Positions 22,799 through 33,076 of a stretch of 64,000 nt of DNA are shown in pieces. A program made the translations under genes and the position numbers. The notes beneath the pieces were generated by a model that saw only the letters and a program-made list of their open reading frames with translations, did not search any database and had not been told where the DNA came from. This stretch comes from Candidatus Saccharicenans subterraneus (GTDB lineage Bacteria > Acidobacteriota > Aminicenantia > Aminicenantales > Saccharicenantaceae): positions 64,620-128,619 of the forward strand of contig QUAH01000009.1 in NCBI GenBank assembly GCA_003426165.1, given 5' to 3'. Numbering within the stretch: position 1 is the stretch's first letter; each line of letters starts with the position of its first letter.

Positions 22799-25700
22799 AT
22801 GGCTCAAAAAGCATTCCAGCTTAAAAAAACTTTCGTCTTTTTGATAATTCTGGCGGTTTTGTTCCTTGGCCTGGTGGCCCGGCCATCCTTCTCCCGGAGC
22901 AGCTATGACCTCAACAAGGAAAAAGTCCTGTTTACCGTGGGTTATGCCCACCTCGACACCCAGTGGCGCTGGGACTACCAGAAGACGATTAAAGAATACA
23001 TCTGGAATACCATGGTCGATAATTTTGCCCTGTTCGAGAAATATCCGAATTACGTTTTCAATTTCAGCGGGGCCAACCGCTACCGGATGATGAAGGAATA
23101 TTACCCGAAGGAATATGAGAAGGTTAAAGACTATGTGGCCAGGGGGCGCTGGTTTCCCTCTGGTTCCTCCATGGAAGAGAATGATGTCATGGCCCCGTCC
23201 TTTGAGTCCATCATCAGGCAGATTCTCTACGGCACCGAGTATTTCAAGAAGGAATTCGGGTTCAGCAGCAAGGAGTACATGCTGCCCGATTGCTTCGGTT
23301 TCCCGGCTTCTCTGCCTTCAATCCTGGCTCATTGCGGCCTGAAAGGCTTTTCCACCCAGAAGCTGACCTGGGGTTCGGCGGTCGGGGTTCCGTTCAACAT
23401 AGGCACCTGGTACGGTCCGGACGGGCAGTTCATAGTGGCTGCCCTCAACCCAGGTGATTACACCGGCAAGATAACCGGCGACCTGACCCAGAATCCGACC
23501 TGGAGGCTCAGGGTCAGCGAAAACGGGCAGAAGTACGGCGTCTTTGGTGATTACATGTATTTCGGCACCGGAGATGTCGGCGGGGCTCCGGAGGAAAACT
23601 CGGTCCGGAACCTGGAGCTGAGCCTGGAGAGCAGCAAGCAGTCAGACCTCAAGGTGGTCTCGTCCCGGGCCGACGAGTTTTTCCTGAACCTGAATGAAAC
23701 GCAGAAAAAAAGATTGCCCACCTACAGTGGCGAGTTCCTGCTGACCAACCACTCAGCTGGCTCGATCACTTCCCAGGCGGCCATGAAACGCTGGAACCGC
23801 AAGAACGAGTTCCTGGGCTATTCGACCGAAGCGGCGGCAGTGGTGGCCGACTGGCTGGGCGGGGCGGCCTACAACAGGGAAAAAATCAACGAGGCCTGGC
23901 GCCTGGTCCTCGGCGCCCAGTTTCATGATATTCTGCCCGGGACCAGCATTCCCCGGGCCTACGAGTTTTCCTGGAACGATGAAATCCTGGCGGCCAACCA
24001 GTTCAGCTCGGTCCTCAAAGATTCAGCCGGTGCGGTCATCCGGGCCCTGGACACCAGGGTGAGTGGCTACCCGGTGGTCGTCTATAACCCGCTGGCTTTT
24101 GACCGGGAAGACGTGGTGGAAACCGAGCTGGAATTGCCTCAGTCTGCTGACCAGCTGAGAGTTTTTGCTGCTGACGGTCGGGAAGTCCCGTCCCAGGTCC
24201 TTGGAAAAAATGAACGTACAGTCAGGCTGGCTTTCGTGGCCACCGTTCCGTCTCTCGGCTTTAGCGTTTACGATGTCAGGCCTTCATCTGAACCCTGCCG
24301 CCTGAATACCGGTTTAAGAGTTGGCCCTAACCTCCTGGAAAACGGCCGTTACCTGGTTAAGCTCAACAAAGATGGCGAAGTATCGAGCATCTTCGACAAG
24401 AAGGCCGGCCGGGAGCTGCTGGCCTCTTCCGCCAGGCTATCCTTCCACTATGAAAAGCCGCAGCAATGGCCGGCCTGGAACATGGACTGGGAAGACCGGA
24501 TGAAGCCGCCTGCCGGGTATGTGACCGGCCCGGCCAGGGTTACCGTCGTGGAAAACGGCCCGGCCAGGGTAGCCATAGAAATAGAGAGGGAAGCCCGTGG
24601 TTCCAGGTTTGTCCAGACCGTGCGCCTGGCGGCCGGCGGGGCGGGCGACCGGCTGGAATTTTATAACCTGATCGACTGGGCCACAAGGGAATCGTCTCTA
24701 AAAGCCGCCTTTCCCCTCACCGTTTCCAATCCCCTGGCCACCTACAACTGGGGGCTGGGGACCATTCAGCGGGGAAATAATGACCCAAAGAAATTCGAGG
24801 TGCCCTCGCACCTGTGGTTCGACCTGACCGATAAAAGCGGCAGTTACGGCGTTTCCATCCTGGAGGATTGCAAGTACGGTTCCGATAAGCCGGCCGACAA
24901 CATGCTGCGCCTGACGCTGCTTTATACACCTGGGGTTAGGTCCTGGCCCGGAGAGCAGGCCACCCAGGACTTCGGCCGGCATGAAATTCTTTACGCCGTT
25001 TACGGTCACCAGGGAGACTGGCGACAGGGCGGGACCGGACAGCAGGCCCTGCGGCTTAACCAGCCGCTCCTGGCCTTCCAGACTGTTGCCCATGAGGGCA
25101 GCCTGGGCAAGAATGTTTCTTTCCTGAGGGTCAGCCAGGATAACCTCCATATCTCGGCCGTGAAGAAGGCAGAAAATTCAGACGAGGTAATAATCAGGCT
25201 GGTCGAGACCAAAGGCCAGAGTTTAAAGAAAGCCACGCTGTCTTTCCTGACCGGAATCAGCGCAGCCCGCGAAGTCAACGGCGTGGAAGAGGAAGTCGGT
25301 CCGGCCCTGGTGCGCGAGGGCAAGCTGGTCTTTGATATTAATAGTTACGGAATTAAGACCTTCGCCTTAAAGCTTCTTCCTGCCACCAGTCCGTTGAACT
25401 CGCCGACATCAGTTGCGGTAGAACTCCCGTACAATGTGGATATCTTCAGCCACGACGAAAACCGCAAGGACGGTGCTTTTGATGACAGCGGGCGAAGCTT
25501 CCCGGCCGAATTGGTGCCGGATACCATCGTGACCGATAGCCTCAGCTTCAAGCTGGGTCCGAAAGAAGAAGGGGCCAAAAATGCTGTGGCCTGCCAGGGC
25601 CAGGAAATAGAGCTGCCGGACGGAAAGTTTAACCGCCTGTACATTCTGGCCGCTGCTTCCGCGGAAAATCAGAAAGGTCAATTCAAAGTAGGGGAAGAGG

Positions 25701-26815
25701 CCTTGGAGATTCCGGTGGCTTACTGGTCAGGCTTTATCGGACAGTGGGATAACCGGACCTGGGCCGAGGGCCCGACCGGAAAAATTGACTTTGACCGGGA
25801 TAAATATACCTACACCGGGGTTGTCCCGGGATATACCAGGCAGGACGAGGTAGCTTTTTTCACCACCCATCTCCATCATCCGGCTGAGGGCAATGAACCT
25901 TACATCTACGGATACGTGTTCAAGTATGCAATGGAGCTGCCGGCCGGAGTACGGAAGGTCAAGCTTCCGGTAAACCCGGCCATCAAGGTCCTGGCCATGA
26001 CCGTGGCCTGGAACGAAAATGACAACAGCCGGCCTGCCCGGAATCTCTTTGACGTGCTTAAGAGAGACCAGGCTGACTATGAAAGATGGCAGGTGGTCCC
26101 GATTCCAGTCATCAGTCCGGCCCGGGCTTATGTCAGTCCTTCCGAGCCGGCCAGCGTGAATATCAATGTTTCGCTGGAAGGGGCTGAGATTCGGTATACG
26201 CTGGATGGCAGCGAGCCGACCGAAAAGTCCCCGGTCTACGAGGGCCCGATAACCATCAAGGGCACGGCGGTTCTCAAAGCCCTGGCTTTTCACCCGAGGC
26301 GGCAGCCGAGCCCGGTGGCTTCAGCTTTTTACAGCCAGTCCTATCCCGTTAAAGACATCGTTTATTTCAGCCCGCCGGCTTCCTCCCGTCCGGGTGCGGC
26401 CGGAGAAAAGACTCTCATCGACCTGGTCAAGGCCAGGCCCGAGGCCAGGGACCAGAACTGGCAGGGTTACGAAGGCAATGACCTGGTGGTGGTCCTGGAC
26501 CTCGGCCGAAAGCAGGACCTCTACGAGCTGGAGCTCAGTTGCTTCGAGAATAATAATGCCAGGATTTTCCTTCCGGCCAGGGTGGAAGTGGAAGTATCGC
26601 TGGATGGCCGGAAGTTTGAAAAGGTAGCCGAAAAAGAATATGCCCTGCCGGAAAAGCCACAGGGACCGGCCCAGAAATCGCTATACGTTTCTCTGCGGGG
26701 TTCCGAAGGACGTTTTCTACGGATAAAAGCTATCAATGTTGGCACGGTTCCGGATGGCTTCCGCAATGCCGGTCAGAAAGCCTGGATGCTGTTTGACGAG
26801 CTGTATGTGAGGTAA
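22799..26815 (+). CDS. glycoside hydrolase family 38 alpha-mannosidase with long C-terminal accessory domains, secreted
   Basis: GH38 N-terminal catalytic domain (GYAHLDTQWRWDYQ...FNFSGANRY). Signal peptide after MAQKAFQLKKTFVFLIILAVLFLGLVA. The ~400-aa C-terminal extension looks like beta-sandwich or carbohydrate-binding modules. Confidence 0.8.
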   Translation: MAQKAFQLKKTFVFLIILAVLFLGLVARPSFSRSSYDLNKEKVLFTVGYAHLDTQWRWDYQKTIKEYIWNTMVDNFALFEKYPNYVFNFSGANRYRMMKEYYPKEYEKVKDYVARGRWFPSGSSMEENDVMAPSFESIIRQILYGTEYFKKEFGFSSKEYMLPDCFGFPASLPSILAHCGLKGFSTQKLTWGSAVGVPFNIGTWYGPDGQFIVAALNPGDYTGKITGDLTQNPTWRLRVSENGQKYGVFGDYMYFGTGDVGGAPEENSVRNLELSLESSKQSDLKVVSSRADEFFLNLNETQKKRLPTYSGEFLLTNHSAGSITSQAAMKRWNRKNEFLGYSTEAAAVVADWLGGAAYNREKINEAWRLVLGAQFHDILPGTSIPRAYEFSWNDEILAANQFSSVLKDSAGAVIRALDTRVSGYPVVVYNPLAFDREDVVETELELPQSADQLRVFAADGREVPSQVLGKNERTVRLAFVATVPSLGFSVYDVRPSSEPCRLNTGLRVGPNLLENGRYLVKLNKDGEVSSIFDKKAGRELLASSARLSFHYEKPQQWPAWNMDWEDRMKPPAGYVTGPARVTVVENGPARVAIEIEREARGSRFVQTVRLAAGGAGDRLEFYNLIDWATRESSLKAAFPLTVSNPLATYNWGLGTIQRGNNDPKKFEVPSHLWFDLTDKSGSYGVSILEDCKYGSDKPADNMLRLTLLYTPGVRSWPGEQATQDFGRHEILYAVYGHQGDWRQGGTGQQALRLNQPLLAFQTVAHEGSLGKNVSFLRVSQDNLHISAVKKAENSDEVIIRLVETKGQSLKKATLSFLTGISAAREVNGVEEEVGPALVREGKLVFDINSYGIKTFALKLLPATSPLNSPTSVAVELPYNVDIFSHDENRKDGAFDDSGRSFPAELVPDTIVTDSLSFKLGPKEEGAKNAVACQGQEIELPDGKFNRLYILAAASAENQKGQFKVGEEALEIPVAYWSGFIGQWDNRTWAEGPTGKIDFDRDKYTYTGVVPGYTRQDEVAFFTTHLHHPAEGNEPYIYGYVFKYAMELPAGVRKVKLPVNPAIKVLAMTVAWNENDNSRPARNLFDVLKRDQADYERWQVVPIPVISPARAYVSPSEPASVNINVSLEGAEIRYTLDGSEPTEKSPVYEGPITIKGTAVLKALAFHPRRQPSPVASAFYSQSYPVKDIVYFSPPASSRPGAAGEKTLIDLVKARPEARDQNWQGYEGNDLVVVLDLGRKQDLYELELSCFENNNARIFLPARVEVEVSLDGRKFEKVAEKEYALPEKPQGPAQKSLYVSLRGSEGRFLRIKAINVGTVPDGFRNAGQKAWMLFDELYVR

Positions 26816-26861
26816 TAATCAAACGGCTTGACGGGCGGAGGCTCGATTCGGTTTTATTTTA

Positions 26862-28349
26862 TCAGTACCTGGCTTCCAGTTTCTTATAAATCTTGGCCAG
26901 CCGGTCGAAGGCAGTGGTGACATGCTTATCCAGGGCCTGGCTGGCAGCAGCCGGGTTCCGGCGATGTAACTGGCTGAACTTTGATTCAAAGAGCTTCTGG
27001 CCGTTCAGGTATTCTTTTTCCAGGGGCCGGAGTTCTTTGTTAACCACCTGTATCATCTGGCCGTAGTTGCCCTCGACCAGCCTTTCGAACCTGAGCACCC
27101 TGGTATGAAGCAGGCGGTCGCGGGCGGCGATCAGCTCTTCGGGCTGGAAATGCTGCCGGTAGAAGAGTTCGTAGTCATGGTTGGTCGGGCCGGCGCCCAG
27201 GCCTTCGGGCATTTTTTCTATTCCGTAATATATCGGAAGATAGATGGTGGTATCGGGTTTGCCCAGGGCCAGCCATAACAGGATAGAAATCGGTTCCGGC
27301 TTCTGGCTATCGAGGACAGCCACAAATGAATTAATGGTGGAGCTGGTACAGATGGTGCGAAATTTGGTTAAATTGGGGCTGCCTTCTTTATACCCGTTGG
27401 TGGCATCGTACTCGGTTCCCTCGTAATGGTCGCGAAGCAGGGACATCAGCATTTCGGCGGTTACCTTGCGGGCCGGTTTGAAGGAAAAGGGAAAATCGTC
27501 TTCAACCTTCCAGTCTTTCCCACTCAAGATGACCAGCCCCCGCCACATCCGGAGACTGTTGCCGTCAGATACCGGATCCCGGCGTGAAGGCCGGCTGAAG
27601 GCCTTTTTGAAATCGAAGGGCCCGTCTTTTTCTTCATCGTACCAGCCATTCTTCCTGGCATATTCAATGATATCCGGACTGCCCATGAAATTATCGGTGT
27701 CGTCCAGCCTGACCTGCCTGATGGTGTAGTAATTGGGGATTACCGCCACCTCATCATCGGGCACCCGCTGGGCCAGCCAGTGCCGGCCCCTGATAACGGC
27801 CAGCATCCAGGCTTCGTTCTTGTCGGCGATTGAGTAAGTTCTGCCGGAGGAACGATAGCCATACTTTTCCACCAGTTCTCCGGCCAGCCTGACCGCTTCC
27901 CGGGCCGTTCTGGCCTTTTCGGCCACTATCCTTCTCAGCATGTAGCCGAGACCGCCGTCGGTGTAATCCTCGGCGTTTTCACGGGAGCTGCAGGCATCCG
28001 AGGTGATCACCAGGCCGTGCTCGTTGACGAAGCTGTCGGCGAATTCTTGGGTGGAAGCTTCAATCCAGATAAAGCCGTTGGTCCGGCCGTCGGTCTGGTA
28101 GGTGGCCTGGCCCAGGTTAATCTTGACTTCTGGCCCGTAGTTACGAGGAGCAATTTTCCTGACATTAACGATGATGTCGCCGGTGTCATCTTCATTGTGG
28201 GCCACCATGACCGAGCCATCAGCGCTGGCCTTTTTGCCCACCAGGACGGTGTAGCAGTTGAGTTCTTTCCGGTCTGCGGCCTGTAGCGTCAGGCCCATGA
28301 CCAGGAATAAGATGGCTATTATCGTAAGTCTAAGACTGCGACTTTTCAT
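26862..28349 (-). CDS. C69 family dipeptidase, secreted
   Basis: After signal-peptide cleavage the N-terminus reads CYTVLVGKKASADGSVMVAHNEDD, the C69 nucleophile-Cys motif. Start set at the ATG at 28349 with a GGAGGA RBS. The track ORF up to 28895 is an upstream over-extension. Confidence 0.75.
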   Translation of the reverse strand: MKSRSLRLTIIAILFLVMGLTLQAADRKELNCYTVLVGKKASADGSVMVAHNEDDTGDIIVNVRKIAPRNYGPEVKINLGQATYQTDGRTNGFIWIEASTQEFADSFVNEHGLVITSDACSSRENAEDYTDGGLGYMLRRIVAEKARTAREAVRLAGELVEKYGYRSSGRTYSIADKNEAWMLAVIRGRHWLAQRVPDDEVAVIPNYYTIRQVRLDDTDNFMGSPDIIEYARKNGWYDEEKDGPFDFKKAFSRPSRRDPVSDGNSLRMWRGLVILSGKDWKVEDDFPFSFKPARKVTAEMLMSLLRDHYEGTEYDATNGYKEGSPNLTKFRTICTSSTINSFVAVLDSQKPEPISILLWLALGKPDTTIYLPIYYGIEKMPEGLGAGPTNHDYELFYRQHFQPEELIAARDRLLHTRVLRFERLVEGNYGQMIQVVNKELRPLEKEYLNGQKLFESKFSQLHRRNPAAASQALDKHVTTAFDRLAKIYKKLEARY

Positions 28350-28616
28350 GAATATCCTCCGTTTCGGTTCAGCCTTCGGGTCTGGCACCGGGCAATTAAT
28401 ATAACTTAAAGAGAGACGCGGAAGCAAACAGGTTGTCTGTACCGGGCAACTATTTATTGATTTATTAATTTGAAGGGCAGCCTTAGGGACAGGTCGGGGG
28501 CTGTCCGGAAGAGCAGGCCGAGGCACCGCCTCACCGCTTATTGAGAAATGATTACGGCTTCTTTCCTTTTCCAGGTTATAATCTTTCCGCCGATTCCTTT
28601 TAGGAGGTAGATGCTT

Positions 28617-29048
28617 ATGGCCGGAAAAGAAACCATTGTGGCCGACTGGCTGGATGGCGTGGCTTTTGAAACAGCCGTGGATGAACACCGGATAATTCTC
28701 GATACTCCCCAGGATTTCGGGGGCAAAAACCGTGGCCCACGGCCCAAGCCGCTGCTGCTGGTGGCCCTGGCCGGCTGTACCGGCATGGACGTGATCTCCA
28801 TGTTGCAGAAGATGAGGGTGCCGGTGGAGAAATTCAGGGTGGTGGTTGAGGGCGACCTGACGGCCGAGCATCCCAAACAATTCTACCGCATTCATCTCGT
28901 CTATGAATTTACCGGGAAAAACCTGCCGCCCGAAAAACTCAGGCAGGCCATAGAGCTATCGCAGGAGAAGTACTGCGGGGTCAGCGCCACCATCAAGAAA
29001 GCCATGCCCCTGACCTGGGAAATGAGGATAACGAGCTCCGAGGGCTGA
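28617..29048 (+). CDS. OsmC/Ohr family peroxiredoxin-like protein
   Basis: OsmC fold motifs (LLLVALAGCTGMDV, EKYCGVSATI) with two conserved Cys. Confidence 0.8.
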   Translation: MAGKETIVADWLDGVAFETAVDEHRIILDTPQDFGGKNRGPRPKPLLLVALAGCTGMDVISMLQKMRVPVEKFRVVVEGDLTAEHPKQFYRIHLVYEFTGKNLPPEKLRQAIELSQEKYCGVSATIKKAMPLTWEMRITSSEG

Positions 29049-29138
29049 GGTTTTAAGCCTGGCGATGGATTTTTTTAAAAGTCAATTCTCTTAACACCGG
29101 GGATAAACGTCCAGGCCGGGGAATAAGGATAAACCAGA

Positions 29139-29351
29139 TTATTCCGTCTTTTCTTTTTCGGCAGATTCTTCGGGTTCCCGGTCGCGGGGTGGCCGGCGTC
29201 GTGGGCAGGAGGTCACGGGGCAAACCGCGCAGTCAGACTTTTTATCTAATTCAGCGTAGAATTTCTTGATAAATTCTTTGAGTTCTTCGTCGCTCATCCG
29301 GCTAAGGTCTTTCTCGTCCATGGGTTTCCTTCTCTCAAAATCTGCTTTCAA
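29139..29351 (-). CDS. small charged protein with a CxxCPxxxC motif (hypothetical)
   Basis: 70-aa ORF. Overlaps the stop of the upstream hemerythrin gene by 4 nt. K/E-rich with CAVCPVTSC. Confidence 0.35.
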   Translation of the reverse strand: MKADFERRKPMDEKDLSRMSDEELKEFIKKFYAELDKKSDCAVCPVTSCPRRRPPRDREPEESAEKEKTE

Positions 29352-29917
29352 CCCGATTCAGCTTGAATAAGGTATTTTTCTTCCAGCCTGTCCAGCAGCC
29401 GGTGGAATTCCTGGTGGCGACCGGGGCCAACGATTTCACGCTCGATGCGGTCAAACCCGTTTTTGAGATTCTCCTGGGTCTTCTTGCCCAACCGACTGTC
29501 GGCCAGCGGATACAGGATATTATCTTCTTTTTCTATATGAGCGGCCAGCAGTTCAGCATAGGCTCTGGCCTGGCGGGCGAAATTCAGCCCGGCCCGGTCT
29601 TCCCCCCTGGTTATTCCGCTCACCGACTCGTCCATGTCCTTGATCAGGGCCCGGCCAGCCTGGTGATCAGCCAGCATGACTCCAATTGGACCCTGGTCCC
29701 CGGAAATCCCGGCTTTTTCCATGGCCGGGAATAACAGCTCCTCTTCCTTGGCATGATGGCAGCGGTCTGCGAAGACCTTCAGAAATTCCAGGATATCGCT
29801 GAGGTCTTTTAAGTCTGCGCCCCGGCCGGCTTCCAGCCTCCTGGCCACCTCGGTGAGTATGTTCAGCATAATTTTTATTGCCCGGTGTTCCTTCTTCAAT
29901 TCATCCGTGGGTTTCAT
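29348..29917 (-). CDS. hemerythrin HHE cation-binding domain protein
   Basis: H...HHxKEE...LFP and H..E...LYP di-iron ligand pattern. Start moved to the second ATG (MKPTDELKKEH), which has a GGGAGGGG RBS. Confidence 0.7.
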   Translation of the reverse strand: MKPTDELKKEHRAIKIMLNILTEVARRLEAGRGADLKDLSDILEFLKVFADRCHHAKEEELLFPAMEKAGISGDQGPIGVMLADHQAGRALIKDMDESVSGITRGEDRAGLNFARQARAYAELLAAHIEKEDNILYPLADSRLGKKTQENLKNGFDRIEREIVGPGRHQEFHRLLDRLEEKYLIQAESG

Positions 29918-30251
29918 TTTCCCCTCCCACATCCAGATTAGACCCCGCGGTCTGGTCTGTCAATCAGGCCTGGCGGCAAAGCGGGTGATTCCTGAAGGGT
30001 TTGGATTTAACGAATGATCTGAATTTTTCCCTGATCGGGGCGATAATTCTGGTGAAAAATAGATTTTCACGGGATTGTTTTTCCTTATTCCTTATCCGTC
30101 TCGGCCAGACTGGGTCTGGTCGTCTGAAGGCGGGGCGAGCCGTTTGATTTAGGATGACTGGAAAGATACTTGCAGGCAGCGCTGTTGCTCAACAGCCGGG
30201 AATATGGAAAACAGGAAGGTGGAAAGTAAGTTGACTGGGAATACAGAGAAA

Positions 30252-30337
30252 TGCCGAGGGCCGGACTCGAACCGGCACGGAGTTTACACCCCGAGGGATT
30301 TTAAGTCCCTTGCGTCTACCAATTCCGCCACCCCGGC
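30252..30337 (-). tRNA. tRNA-Leu (anticodon UAA), class II with long variable arm
   Basis: Reverse complement GCCGGGGTGGCGGAATTGGTAGACGCAAGGGACTTAAAATCCC...GGTTCGAGTCCGGCCCTCGGCA. Anticodon loop CTTAAAA. CCA not encoded. Confidence 0.85.
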
Positions 30338-30541
30338 GGCTCCTGATAATTTAAACACAATCGGGCAGGCCGGTCAACACTTCCACTTCGCTTGGTGACC
30401 TAAAGGTCTTTTTAGGCTAGTTAAATCCCTGGGGGTTCCGGGACCTGTTAAATAAAAGAACCCCCGCATATTTGGGCGCAGATTTTTCAGCCCCGATCGC
30501 CTTCAGATTAGGGTCACGGCAAGGGGAATTGCCTGGTCAGT

Positions 30542-31288
30542 TCAATCCCACTTGCCCAATCCCGGACCGGCCGGGCTCAAATATTCTACCCCGTGATACC
30601 CTCCGCAGGGATCATTGTAAATGCTTTGGATTATAGCAAACTGACCCCATATAGACGGGCCGATTTCGGTACCGTCTGCCCTGTACCATTTTCCATTGTT
30701 ATATGTCGCATCAGCTGGTACTGCTACTATTTTTTCAAACCAGGTCCACTGACATTCTTTCCCCGTGGTATCTTTGTAGGTCCCTGATTGATGGTTGGTT
30801 AACCAGGCTCCCGATCCAATATATGATGAATATCCATAATGTCTGTCAAGTTGTCCATCTCCATCACAGTCCATATTGCTTAACCAGGCGTCATTCCATT
30901 TCATGTTCAATACGTCTTGACGATAAGGCCAGTACCACTTTTTCTGAACTTCTTGTATTTGTAGATCAGAATATCCTTCTTCTTTGAGCCGAGAGAAATA
31001 GGCTTCATCATCGCCTTCATACGGTGGATAGCCGTCTCTACCTAGATAGGCGTTGCAATAGTAGCCGTTGAAGATATGGGCCTGGTAATTATAACCAAAT
31101 GGATCAAAACCCGGTTTAATCGGGCTGCCTGCCAGATAATGACCGGCAGAGTAAACCAATAATCCATCCTGGATTTTTGTGCATTGATCTGGTCCCTGCG
31201 CTGCAATGGCGGTCTCGTCTGTGCAGAGGCTGACCAGCAAAAAGAGGACACCAAAAACCCAGAGGACAGAAAAAATTACTCTTTTCAT
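30542..31288 (-). CDS. secreted W/Y/G/D-rich hypothetical protein
   Basis: Signal peptide MKRVIFSVLWVFGVLFLLVSLC. Aromatic- and Gly-rich mature region with several Cys. No known motif. Confidence 0.6.
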   Translation of the reverse strand: MKRVIFSVLWVFGVLFLLVSLCTDETAIAAQGPDQCTKIQDGLLVYSAGHYLAGSPIKPGFDPFGYNYQAHIFNGYYCNAYLGRDGYPPYEGDDEAYFSRLKEEGYSDLQIQEVQKKWYWPYRQDVLNMKWNDAWLSNMDCDGDGQLDRHYGYSSYIGSGAWLTNHQSGTYKDTTGKECQWTWFEKIVAVPADATYNNGKWYRADGTEIGPSIWGQFAIIQSIYNDPCGGYHGVEYLSPAGPGLGKWD

Positions 31289-31420
31289 AGAAACCCCTCC
31301 CTTAAAAATCTTGCAAATTAATTTTGGAACAAAAAATTCTATTTTGTCAAGACTCGTGCCTAAAAAATAAGACGGTTACCTCACCATCAAATGCACTTCA
31401 ATGCCGGCAGTTAGGAAGTT

Positions 31421-31960
31421 TTAGAAGAATACTGAAACTCCTATTAAGAACTGGTGGCTGTTAAAATTTTCCGTGATGTCCATGTCCTTGAGGCGGTTGT
31501 GCAGATACCGGTATTCGAACCTGATGGCTGCCGAATTTCCGACCAGGTACTTGAGCCCGGCTCCGGCGTTGAAGACGAAGCCGTTGAATTCACTATCTGC
31601 TTCCATCAGATAGCCAATCTTGACCCCATTGGTAATTCCGACACCGGCCAGAAGGAAAGGCCGAAAAGAGCCGGCCGTCTTGAAGTTATAAACGCCGTTC
31701 AGGTTGAAGAGATAACCCATGTCGCTATCTTCGACCTTCATCAGGAATAATTCCGGCTCGACCTCTAATCCTTTCCAGAGATAATAACCCAGCCTGAGGG
31801 GGATGGCCAAGATATCGAAGGCCTCGGTGGAACCGGAACTCTTGACGCTGCTGTAGTCAAAACCGATGCCCAGCTCCCATTTTTTACCTTCGGGTTGGGC
31901 CGAGGCGGTCAGGGCCAGGACCATCAGGCCGATAAAAGTCAGGACCAGCAGTTTTTTCAT
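31421..31960 (-). CDS. small outer-membrane beta-barrel protein (OmpW/OmpA-like porin family)
   Basis: Signal peptide MKKLLVLTFIGLMVLALTASA. Alternating amphipathic beta-strands. C-terminal aromatic residue (VSVFF). Start moved to the MKK ATG at 31960. Confidence 0.6.
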   Translation of the reverse strand: MKKLLVLTFIGLMVLALTASAQPEGKKWELGIGFDYSSVKSSGSTEAFDILAIPLRLGYYLWKGLEVEPELFLMKVEDSDMGYLFNLNGVYNFKTAGSFRPFLLAGVGITNGVKIGYLMEADSEFNGFVFNAGAGLKYLVGNSAAIRFEYRYLHNRLKDMDITENFNSHQFLIGVSVFF

Positions 31961-32249
31961 GTTTACTCCTTTTTGCATGATTTTTTTAACAAATCTTCCC
32001 CTTCAACTACTGTATCTTAACAAAAGGTGCTGGCCGACTTCAAACGGTTGAGTTGGCATAGGTGGGCTTGCGTACATTCAGACAATGTGGAGATGGGGTC
32101 AGTACCTGATAATTCCACGGGGAAAGAGCCGGACTTGACTGTGGCCAGGCCGCGGGATTATCTTCTCCTCGGGCCTCATTGATGTGCTGATGGATCTTAA
32201 GGTAAGAGGGAAATTTATTAAATCCAGCCTGAGGAGTTTTCGGACTGAA

Positions 32250-32957
32250 ATGGCAAAGAGCAGCATGCCCGCCATTCTGATAATGCTGATTATCGCCATG
32301 GGTGACCCGCTCCCCGCAACCGGCTCTAGGGGACAGATGGCTTATGATGAAGGCCTGGCAGCTCTTACCTCCGGTTCGGCTGGAGGGCCGCAATTAAGCC
32401 AGGTTATACCTGATTTCGGGCCGGATGGGCTTAAAGGCCTGACCGAAGAGCAGAAGAAAAAAATCTTATCGGGTGAGGTGGTGCTGGTTTCTTCCCATGA
32501 GGGGGCGCCGGAGGGCAAAAGCATAATCTCTGCCGTCCTGGTTTTTGAGGTCCCCGTGGAAAGGGCCTGGGCGATTCTCTCCGCTCCCGAGCTTCAGGCC
32601 GAGTACCTTGAGGAAATTGAAGAGCTGAAGACCGTGGAGCGGGGGCCTGATTTTAACCGGATGTTCTTTCTGGTGAAGGTGATGGGTCAGAGGGTCCGGT
32701 ATACCGTCATCCATCACTTCTGGCCCGACCAGTTCTACCTGTGGTGGGAACTCGACCGCAACGAGCCGCATGACTTAAAAGAGTTGTATGGCTTCTGGAA
32801 GCTGTTCAGGTACGATGAGCGCAGGACGGTGGCCCGTTATGGAACTTTCGTCAGGCCCGCCTTCCCGGTTCCGGCTTTTCTCCGTAACTGGCTTTCCAGG
32901 AGCAATGTCCGCCACTCCCTGGCCACGGTAAAGAAATACGTGGAAGGAAGAAAATAA
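32250..32957 (+). CDS. hypothetical secreted protein
   Basis: Signal-peptide-like MAKSSMPAILIMLIIAMG. No recognizable catalytic motif. The track's alternative upstream start is 32184. Confidence 0.5.
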   Translation: MAKSSMPAILIMLIIAMGDPLPATGSRGQMAYDEGLAALTSGSAGGPQLSQVIPDFGPDGLKGLTEEQKKKILSGEVVLVSSHEGAPEGKSIISAVLVFEVPVERAWAILSAPELQAEYLEEIEELKTVERGPDFNRMFFLVKVMGQRVRYTVIHHFWPDQFYLWWELDRNEPHDLKELYGFWKLFRYDERRTVARYGTFVRPAFPVPAFLRNWLSRSNVRHSLATVKKYVEGRK

Positions 32958-33076
32958 TAATATGGGGCTGTAGCGACCCGATTCCCCGGGATAAAACGAG
33001 CAGGAAGGGGAGCCGGCTCTGTCGTTGACACCGGGAGGCGGTTGTCTTAAGCTTAAGGTAGCCAGGGAGGTTATCC

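Noticed and set aside
28350-28895. Upstream extension of the C69 dipeptidase ORF to 677 aa
   Set aside because: The extension is His/Pro/Gln-rich junk preceding a canonical signal peptide. The internal ATG at 28349 has a GGAGGA RBS, and C69 enzymes begin with the signal peptide followed by the nucleophile Cys.
30420-30460. Hairpin GGGGGTTC...GAACCCCC after the secreted-protein gene, a possible rho-independent terminator
   Set aside because: Long, irregular loop and no following U-run on either strand. Weak evidence, so not called.
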